In this document: positions 56,709-64,000 of the stretch, in pieces | Position numbering within the stretch: position 1 is the first letter of the stretch | How the letters are laid out: each line of letters starts with the position of its first letter | Assembly: GCA_965250285.1 (NCBI GenBank) | Contig: OZ252299.1 | Span: 1,184,001 to 1,248,000, forward strand | Direction of reading: 5' to 3' | DNA: 64,000 bases | From: Myxococcota bacterium | GTDB lineage: Bacteria > Myxococcota_A > UBA9160 > UBA4427 | The notes under the pieces: model-generated | The model's database searches: none | The model's input: only the letters and a program-made list of their open reading frames with translations | Told to the model about the DNA's origin: nothing | Program-made: the position numbers and the translations under genes

Positions 56709-58097
56709 ATGACCGAGTCGGCCTCCGCCCATCCCCGGGATCAGCTGAAGCGCGAACTCTCGCTCACCGACGCGACCATGTTGATCGTCGCGTCGGTGAT
56801 CGGCGGCGGCATCTTCTTCACGCCCGCCGAGGTCGCGACCCTGCTGCCGGCGCCGGGCTGGATCATGGCGGCGTGGGGCGCCGGCGCGCTCCTCTCTCTG
56901 GCGGGGGCCCTCGCGAACGCCGAGCTCGGCGCGATGTTCCCGCGCGCCGGGGGCGACTACGTCTATCTCTCCGAAGCGATGCATCCGATCGCCGGCTTCC
57001 TCGTCGGCTGGCTCAGCTTCATCGCGATCTACGCAGGCACGATCGCGGCCCTCGCGGCGATCCTCGCCGAGGGGATCACCGAGCGACTGGCTCTGAGCGC
57101 CGAGTGGATCGTGCCGCTCGCCATCGCGGTGACGCTCGCCGTCTCGGGCATCAACTACGCCGGCGTCCGCTGGGGGGCGCGCGCCAACAACGTGACGTCG
57201 TTCTTCAAGCTCATCGCGCTCGGGGCCTTCGTCGTGCTGGGGCCGATCCTCGGAGAGGGCGACGCCTCGCGCATCGTCACCGCGCCGACGGGCGCCCGCG
57301 ACGGAATCACCGCGGCCGCTTTCGGCCAGGCGCTCTCGCCGATCCTGTTCAGCTACCTCGGCTGGAACGCCTCGGTCTACGTGGCCAGCGAGATCAAGCA
57401 GCCGCAGCGCAACCTGCCGCGCTCCCTGTTCCTGGGGCTGGCGCTCTGCGGCGGACTCTATCTGGCGGTCAACGCCGTGTACCTGTTCGCGCTGCCGATG
57501 GCCGAGCTGCAGCGCTCGGCCGATACCGGCCATGCTGCCGCGCTGGCCCTGTTCGGCCCGGTGGGCGGCACGCTGGTCGCGGCGTTCGTCCTGATCTCGG
57601 TGCTCGGCACACTGAACGCGACGGTGCTGGTCGGGCCACGCATCGCATACGCGATGGCGCTCGACGGGCTCTTCCCGGGCGGCGTCGACCGCGTCACGCG
57701 CGCCTTTCGCACCCCGGGCGTCGCGATCGGCGTGCAGACCGTCGTGACGGTCGGGCTGCTGGTCCTGCTGCAGCGGTTTCCGGCGGCGCTCAGCTTCACC
57801 GTGTTCGCGATTCTGCTCGCGACGATGGCCGACGTGGTTGCGCTCTACCTGCTGCGCCTGCGCCGGCCCGAGCATCCGCGCCCCTATCGGGCCTGGGGCT
57901 ATCCCTGGGTTCCGGCCTTCTATCTTCTCGCGAACGGCGGGATCGCCGTGGCGATGCTCGTCGGTCAGCCGCGGGAGTGTCTGATCAGCGTGGCGCTGCT
58001 CGCGAGCGGGCTCCCCTTCTACTGGCTGTTCTCTCGGCTCTCGGGCGGCCCCGCAGCCGGCGATTCGGGGCCAGAACCGGGGGCCGGGACCGGCTAG
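56709..58097 (+). CDS. APC-family amino acid permease
   Basis: IGGGIFFTP, AELGAMFPRAGGDYVYL, YLGWN, RPYRAWGYP; multiple TM helices. Confidence 0.92.
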   Translation: MTESASAHPRDQLKRELSLTDATMLIVASVIGGGIFFTPAEVATLLPAPGWIMAAWGAGALLSLAGALANAELGAMFPRAGGDYVYLSEAMHPIAGFLVGWLSFIAIYAGTIAALAAILAEGITERLALSAEWIVPLAIAVTLAVSGINYAGVRWGARANNVTSFFKLIALGAFVVLGPILGEGDASRIVTAPTGARDGITAAAFGQALSPILFSYLGWNASVYVASEIKQPQRNLPRSLFLGLALCGGLYLAVNAVYLFALPMAELQRSADTGHAAALALFGPVGGTLVAAFVLISVLGTLNATVLVGPRIAYAMALDGLFPGGVDRVTRAFRTPGVAIGVQTVVTVGLLVLLQRFPAALSFTVFAILLATMADVVALYLLRLRRPEHPRPYRAWGYPWVPAFYLLANGGIAVAMLVGQPRECLISVALLASGLPFYWLFSRLSGGPAAGDSGPEPGAGTG

Positions 58098-58550
58098 AAC
58101 CCTGCAGATCCAGTACCTTCCGGGCCTGCCCGAGGATCCGGATCCCATGATCACCCCCAGGCGAATCCACGGCTTCCCCCCTCGCGCGAGGCGGTCTGCG
58201 AACGGGCCCCTCTGCACGCGCGAGACGTGTGCCTGCGCCGCGGCGCCGACGACGCCCTCGTCGGCGGCACCGACGTGGGCCGCGACGCAGCAGCCGGCGA
58301 CGGCCGCGCGCGCGACCTAGCCCGTCGCAACGCCTCGAGCAGCAGTTCGAGGGACGCGGCGGGCGGCGCATCGCGCAAGCGGATCGGCGAGAGCGGTTCG
58401 GGAGACGAGGGGCCGGGCGGTCCCCGCAACAGGGAGCAGAGACCCGTCGCACAGGGCGCGTGAGATGCGCGAGCAGCGCGATCGTCATGCGAGCACCGAG
58501 ACGGGCCGGAGGGATCGCAGCGCGAAGCGATCCGTCAGAGGGATTGGATC

Positions 58551-59828
58551 ATGAAGGAAGACGAACGACACGAGGACTGGCGCGGGGACCCGGGCGCGAA
58601 GCCCGTCGCCGACGAGCGACCGAAGCCGCGCCACGACTTTCACAAGCTGAACCGGCTGCCCCCCTACATCCTGGCCGAGGTCACCGACCTGACGCGCGCC
58701 GGTCGCCGAGCGGGGGAAGACATCATCGATCTCGGTATGGGCAACCCCGACATGCCGACGCCCGACCACGTGGTCGAGAAGATCTGTGAGGCGGCACGCG
58801 ATCCGCGCAATCACCGCTACTCGTCGAGTCCAGGCATTCCGAACCTGCGCGCAGCGATCACCGAGTGGTACGCGCGCCGGCATCAGATCGAGCTCGATCC
58901 GAATCAAGAGGCCATCGCGGTGATCGGCGCGAAGGAGGGGCTCTCGCACTTCGTCCTGATGACGATCGGTCCCGGTGATGTGGTGCTCTGTCAGGATCCT
59001 GCCTATCCGATCCACCAGTACTCGGTGGCGATCGCAGGCGGTGATCTGCGCAAGGTGCCGCTCACCGACGACACCGATTTCATCGCGAATCTCGAGCAGG
59101 CCGTGGCCCGCACCTGGCCGAAGCCGAAGATGCTGATCCTGTCGTTTCCCGCGAACCCGACGACGACGATCGTCGACCGTGCGTTCTTCGAGCGCATCGT
59201 CGCGTTCGCGCGTGAGAACGACCTGATGGTGATCCATGACTTCGCCTACGCCGAGATCTGCTTCGACGGCTATCGCCCGCCGTCGATCCTCGAGGTGCCC
59301 GGGGCCCGCGACGTTGCGATCGAGTTCGGGTCGCTCTCGAAGAGTCACTCGATGGCGGGCTGGCGCGTCGGCTTCGCGGCGGGCAACCGGGACATGATCC
59401 ACGCGCTGCGCCGGATCAAGAGCTACCTCGACTACGGCATGCCCCAGGCGATTCAGATCGCCGCGATCACCGCGCTGCGGGGGCCACAGGACTGCGTCGA
59501 AGAGAACGTGCAGGAGTACAAGGAGCGCCGCGACGCGCTGATCGACGGGCTCGGCGCGCCGGGCGAGGGCAGCTGGAAGATCGAGAAGCCCCTGGCGACG
59601 ATGTTCGTGTGGGCCCGGCTCCCCGAGGCGTTCGAAGAGATGGGCAGCCTCGAGTTCTCGAAGCGCCTGCTCAAGGAGGCGAAGGTCGCCGTGTCGCCGG
59701 GCGTCGGCTTCGGTGACGCGGGCGAGGGCTACGTCCGCTTCGCTCTCGTCGAGAACAGGCACCGCATTCGTCAAGCCGTGCGCGGCATCCGTCGCTTCTT
59801 GCGCGAATACGGCGTGAGCGAGAATTGA
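58551..59828 (+). CDS. alaC: Class I/II PLP aminotransferase, AlaC-like
   Basis: [43 protein letters not shown]; upstream of hom. Confidence 0.8.
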   Translation: MKEDERHEDWRGDPGAKPVADERPKPRHDFHKLNRLPPYILAEVTDLTRAGRRAGEDIIDLGMGNPDMPTPDHVVEKICEAARDPRNHRYSSSPGIPNLRAAITEWYARRHQIELDPNQEAIAVIGAKEGLSHFVLMTIGPGDVVLCQDPAYPIHQYSVAIAGGDLRKVPLTDDTDFIANLEQAVARTWPKPKMLILSFPANPTTTIVDRAFFERIVAFARENDLMVIHDFAYAEICFDGYRPPSILEVPGARDVAIEFGSLSKSHSMAGWRVGFAAGNRDMIHALRRIKSYLDYGMPQAIQIAAITALRGPQDCVEENVQEYKERRDALIDGLGAPGEGSWKIEKPLATMFVWARLPEAFEEMGSLEFSKRLLKEAKVAVSPGVGFGDAGEGYVRFALVENRHRIRQAVRGIRRFLREYGVSEN

Positions 59829-59913
59829 GCCGGCCGGCCGTGCCAGCGCGCAGACCGCGCCCAGAGCCGGCATCGAACGGACGAGCACGCAAACGAGAGG
59901 AAAGAGGCGAGTC

Positions 59914-61236
59914 ATGAAGAATCGAGTCGGCGTCGGCCTGATCGGCTTGGGCACCATCGGTACGGGCGTCGCGAAGGTGTTGCGCGGCAACGCGGACGTG
60001 ATCCAGCAGCGGCTGGGCTTTGCCCTCGACCTCGTGCGAATCGCCGATCTCGATCTCGACACCGATCGCGGCATCGACCTCGACGGCATCCGCTTCGACG
60101 ACGATGCTGCGGGGCTGGTCGCCGACGCAGAGGTCGACATCGTCATCGAGCTCGTCGGGGGCTACGGCGCGGCCAAGAAGTTCACGCTCGACGCGATCTC
60201 GCACGGCAAGCACGTCGTCACGGCGAACAAGGCGCTGCTGGCCCTGCACGGCAAGGAGATCTTCGACGCCGCCGACAAGCAGGGCGTCGGCGTGCTCTTC
60301 GAGGCGGCCGTCGGGGGCGGCATCCCGATTCTGCGCTCGCTGCGCGAGGGGCTCGCAGCGAACCACATCGAGAGCGTCCACGGCATCCTGAACGGCACGA
60401 CCAACTACGTGCTGACCGAGATGGAAACGACGGGCGAGGATTTCGAGGTCGTGCTCAAGCGCGCGCAAGATCTCGGCTATGCCGAGGCCGACCCGACGTT
60501 CGATGTCGATGGCATCGACGCGGCGCACAAGCTCGCGATCCTGGTCGGCATGGCGTTCGGCGCCGAGGTGACGCACGAGGACATTCCCACCGAGGGCATT
60601 CGCGGCCTGTTGCCCGTCGACTTCGAGCAGGCCGCCGAGTTCGGCTATCGCATCAAGCTGCTCGGGATCGCGAAGGCGAGCGCGGGGCCCGGGGGTGACG
60701 CGCGGATCGAGGCGCGGGTGCATCCGACCATGGTGCCGAAGGCGAGCATGCTCGCCGGCGTCGACGCCGCGATGAACGCGGTCGAGGTGCACGGCGACGC
60801 GGTCGGGCCGACGCTCTACTACGGCGCGGGTGCGGGCGAGATGCCCACCGCGAGCGCGGTGGTCGCCGACTTGATGGAGATCGCGCGCGAGATCCAGCGC
60901 GGCAGCAACCGTCCGGTGGCGCCGCTGTCGTATCGCCCCGATCACCTCGCGCGAAAGCCGAGCGTGCCCCTCGATGAGATCGAGGGCCGCTACTACCTGC
61001 GATTCGAGTGCGTCGACCGGCCGGGCGTGCTGTCGCACATCACGGGCGAGCTCGGCGAGCACGGCGTGGGGATCGCCTCGGCGGTGCAGCACGGCAGCGG
61101 GGGCGGCCCGGTGCCGCTGATTCTGCTGACGCATCCGGCGGGCGAGGGCGCGCTGCGCGCGGCCGTCACGGCCATCGACGGGCTCGACGACGTGACCGCC
61201 CCCACGCGTGTGATCCGCATCGAAGAAGGGCTCTGA
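59914..61236 (+). CDS. hom: Homoserine dehydrogenase with ACT domain
   Basis: [41 protein letters not shown]. Confidence 0.96.
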   Translation: MKNRVGVGLIGLGTIGTGVAKVLRGNADVIQQRLGFALDLVRIADLDLDTDRGIDLDGIRFDDDAAGLVADAEVDIVIELVGGYGAAKKFTLDAISHGKHVVTANKALLALHGKEIFDAADKQGVGVLFEAAVGGGIPILRSLREGLAANHIESVHGILNGTTNYVLTEMETTGEDFEVVLKRAQDLGYAEADPTFDVDGIDAAHKLAILVGMAFGAEVTHEDIPTEGIRGLLPVDFEQAAEFGYRIKLLGIAKASAGPGGDARIEARVHPTMVPKASMLAGVDAAMNAVEVHGDAVGPTLYYGAGAGEMPTASAVVADLMEIAREIQRGSNRPVAPLSYRPDHLARKPSVPLDEIEGRYYLRFECVDRPGVLSHITGELGEHGVGIASAVQHGSGGGPVPLILLTHPAGEGALRAAVTAIDGLDDVTAPTRVIRIEEGL

Positions 61237-61237
61237 G

Positions 61238-62587
61238 ATGAGCGAGAAGCCGCGGTACGCCGCCTGGTTCGAGAGCCTCGCCGATCCGAGCGAGCGCTAC
61301 GGCCTCGACGAGGTCGTCTATACCGATCGTGAAGGCGGACTGTTGCAGGTCGTCCACGACGTCGACGAGTTGAAGAAGACGTCGGCGGACGAGTGGCGGG
61401 CTCGCTTCGAGTCGCGTGCCCGCGGCGGGGAATGGCCGTATGGGTCGGGTGTCTGGGGCTTCAAGGAGATGGTCCTGCCCGAGATCGACGCCGACAACGT
61501 CGTGTCGATGTACGAAGGGCACTCGAATCTCTTCTGGGCCGAGCGCTACGGCAAGCAGATCGGCATCGAGGATCTGTGGATCAAGCTCTGCGGCAACTCG
61601 CATACGGGCTCGTTCAAGGATCTCGGCATGACGGTGCTCGTCAGCCAGGTGAAGGAGATGATCTCGAAGGGCGTCGGGATCCCGGCCGTGGGCTGCGCAT
61701 CGACCGGCGATACGAGCGCCGCGCTCTCGGCGTACGCCGCGGCCGCCGGTATTCCGGCCGTCGTGTTCCTGCCGCGCGGCAAGATCTCGCTGGCTCAGCT
61801 GATCCAGCCCGTCGCGAACGGCGCCATCGTCTTCGCCCTCGATACCGACTTCGATGGCTGCATGGAGATCGTCAAGCAGATCTCGGCGAAGGACGGCGTC
61901 TATCTCGCGAACTCGATGAACAGCCTGCGCATCGAAGGCCAGAAGACGGTGTCGATGGAGATCTGCGCGCAGTTCGACTGGGAGGTGCCCGACTGGATCG
62001 TGATCCCGGGTGGCAATCTCGGCAACGTGTCCGCCCTCGCGAAGGGGCTCGACCTCATGCTCGAGGTCGGGCTCATCGACAAGCGGCCGCGCATCTGCGT
62101 CGGCCAGGCTCAGGCGGCGAACCCGCTCTACCTCTCGTACCTGAAGGATTTCGAGGTGTTCGAGCCCATCGCGGCGCGGCCGACGGTGGCCTCGGCGATC
62201 CAGATCGGCAACCCGGTCTCGCGAGACAAGGCGATTTCGGCGTTGAAGCGCTACGACGGCGTCGTCGAGGAGGCGACCGAGGCCGAGATCATGGAGGCCT
62301 GTGCTGCGGCCGACCGGACCGGGCTCTTCAACTGTCCGCACACGGGCGTGGCGCTCGTCGCACTGAACAAGCTCAAGCAGCGCGGCCTCATACGGTCGAG
62401 CGACCGCGTCGTCGTGGTCTCGACGGCGCACGGTCTGAAGTTCACCGAGTTCAAGCTCCGCTATCACCAGATGGAGACCGAAGGGGTCGTGCCCGAGCTG
62501 CCCAACCCGCCGATCGAGCTCGATGCTCGATACGACACGGTGCGCGACCGGCTGCTCGCCGAGATCGACACCCGCTTCGGCGCCTGA
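61238..62587 (+). CDS. thrC: Threonine synthase
   Basis: [34 protein letters not shown]. Confidence 0.93.
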   Translation: MSEKPRYAAWFESLADPSERYGLDEVVYTDREGGLLQVVHDVDELKKTSADEWRARFESRARGGEWPYGSGVWGFKEMVLPEIDADNVVSMYEGHSNLFWAERYGKQIGIEDLWIKLCGNSHTGSFKDLGMTVLVSQVKEMISKGVGIPAVGCASTGDTSAALSAYAAAAGIPAVVFLPRGKISLAQLIQPVANGAIVFALDTDFDGCMEIVKQISAKDGVYLANSMNSLRIEGQKTVSMEICAQFDWEVPDWIVIPGGNLGNVSALAKGLDLMLEVGLIDKRPRICVGQAQAANPLYLSYLKDFEVFEPIAARPTVASAIQIGNPVSRDKAISALKRYDGVVEEATEAEIMEACAAADRTGLFNCPHTGVALVALNKLKQRGLIRSSDRVVVVSTAHGLKFTEFKLRYHQMETEGVVPELPNPPIELDARYDTVRDRLLAEIDTRFGA

Positions 62588-62644
62588 GCCCGCGCGGAGG
62601 CCGAGAGCCTCCAAGCGAAGCGACATCGCCCGCCGGGCAACACT

Positions 62645-64000
62645 GTGAAGGGAACAAGCTTGCATCGAATCGGGGTGGCGACGCTCGTCTGCGCGGTCGC
62701 ATGGATGGGGCTCGGCCTGGGTACGGCTGCCCGGGCTCAGTCGAATGGTTGGCAGAAGACGATCGACCGGGTGACGCCGGCGGTCGTAGCGCTTCGTGTG
62801 AATTCACCCCGCGCCTTCGACGGCGGCACGACCGGCTACTCGGTCGCGACCGGCTTCGTCGTCGACGCCGAACGAGGCTTGATCCTCACCAATCGGCACG
62901 TCGTGACACCGGGCCCCGTGGTGGCGGAAGCGGTCTTCCTCGACAACGAGGAGGTCGACGTGCGTGCGGTCTACCGCGATCCCGTGCACGACTTCGGCTT
63001 CTTTCGCTTCGACCCGGCCGACGTTCAGTTCATGGAGCTCGAAGAGCTCGAGCTCGATCCGGCCGGTGCTCAGGTCGGCACCGAGATCCGCGTGATCGGC
63101 AACGACGCGGGCGAGAAGCTCTCGATTCTGGCCGGCACCATCGCACGCCTCGACCGCTCGGCGCCGCGCTACGGCTCGAACACCTACAACGACTTCAACA
63201 CGTTCTATATCCAGGCCGCCTCCGGCACGTCGGGCGGGTCGTCGGGCTCGCCGGTCGTCGACATCGCGGGCCGCGCCGTCGCGATCAACGCCGGCGGCAA
63301 GCGCATGGCGGCTTCGAGCTTCTATCTGCCGCTCGACCGGGTGGCGCGGGCGCTCGCTCTGATCCAAGAGGGTGAGCCGGTGACACGGGGCACGCTGCAG
63401 ACCGTGTTTCGCTATCTGCCCTACGACGAGATTCGGCGGCTCAAGCTGCGCGTCGAGACGGAAGGCGCCGTACGACGCGCGTTCCCGGACGGCCAGGGCA
63501 TGATCGTGGTGGCCGAGATCGTCCCGGGCGGGCCGGCCGACGGGGTGCTCGCGCCCGGCGACGTGGTCGTGAAGATCGACGGCCAGATGGTCAACGCGTT
63601 CATTCCGATCGAAGCCGTGCTCGACGAGCGTGTGGGCGAGCAGGTCGAGCTCGAGATCGAGCGGGCCGGCGTGCCGATGACGGTGCAGCTCGACGTCGAC
63701 GACCTGCACGCGATCACGCCCGACGAGTACCTCGAGACCGGTGGCTCGGTCCTGAACAAGCTCTCCTATCAGCAGGCGCGCAATCAGTCGGTGCCCGTCG
63801 GCGGCGTTCAGGTCGCGAGCGACGGCTACTGGCTCTCGCGCGCCGGCGTGCCGCGCGGCTCAGTCATCGTCGAACTCGACGGGACGCCGACACCGACGCT
63901 CGACGCCTTCGAAGAGGCGCTCGTCGCGCTGCCCGATCGTGCGCGGGTGCCGCTTCGCTTCTGGATGCCCGGGCAATCGCGCTCGCCGCTGGTGCGCGTC
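62645..64000 (+). CDS. Secreted HtrA-type serine protease, Nma111/DEG7-like with PDZ domains (partial)
   Basis: Open frame from GTG 62645 (or TTG 62660) to window end: signal peptide, ATGFVVD...[36 protein letters not shown]. Confidence 0.88.
   Translation, partial: MKGTSLHRIGVATLVCAVAWMGLGLGTAARAQSNGWQKTIDRVTPAVVALRVNSPRAFDGGTTGYSVATGFVVDAERGLILTNRHVVTPGPVVAEAVFLDNEEVDVRAVYRDPVHDFGFFRFDPADVQFMELEELELDPAGAQVGTEIRVIGNDAGEKLSILAGTIARLDRSAPRYGSNTYNDFNTFYIQAASGTSGGSSGSPVVDIAGRAVAINAGGKRMAASSFYLPLDRVARALALIQEGEPVTRGTLQTVFRYLPYDEIRRLKLRVETEGAVRRAFPDGQGMIVVAEIVPGGPADGVLAPGDVVVKIDGQMVNAFIPIEAVLDERVGEQVELEIERAGVPMTVQLDVDDLHAITPDEYLETGGSVLNKLSYQQARNQSVPVGGVQVASDGYWLSRAGVPRGSVIVELDGTPTPTLDAFEEALVALPDRARVPLRFWMPGQSRSPLVRV

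Noticed and set aside
58098..58550. Small ORFs between the APC permease and alaC
   Set aside because: Arg/Pro/Ala-rich translations with no motif or convincing RBS
61393..63375. 660-aa plus-strand ORF
   Set aside because: Off-frame overlap of thrC and the protease gene with noncoding-like composition

Overview
High-GC bacterial chromosome segment. Protein signatures and gene order suggest a deltaproteobacterial/Myxococcota-like lineage (inference only). Positions 1-33.6 kb hold one contiguous translation/transcription supercluster: rlmB end, tRNA-Thr/Tyr/Gly/Thr, tuf, tRNA-Trp, secE-nusG-rplKAJL-rpoBC, rpsL-rpsG-fusA-tuf, then the S10, spc and alpha operons. Five genes usually found here (rpmG, rplC, rplX, rpsN, infA) are cleanly absent. 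The str-operon EF-G has a degenerate domain IV, and rplO-secY are linked by two tandem 11-codon mini-ORFs chained by TAGTG stop/start overlaps. Positions 33.6-64 kb hold tlpA-like, ftsB-like, SPOR, rmlD, lepA-lepB, a pyrR-pyrB-pyrC-carA-carB operon with a PyrR binding loop over the pyrR RBS, and recG. They continue with leuA behind a leaderless Leu-rich attenuator, a secreted PEP-CTERM pentapeptide-repeat protein with Cys-bracketed acidic loops, an ALS-like TPP enzyme, an APC permease, alaC-hom-thrC, and a partial secreted Nma111/DEG7-like protease missing from the ORF track. No transposase, integrase, rRNA or CRISPR array was seen.
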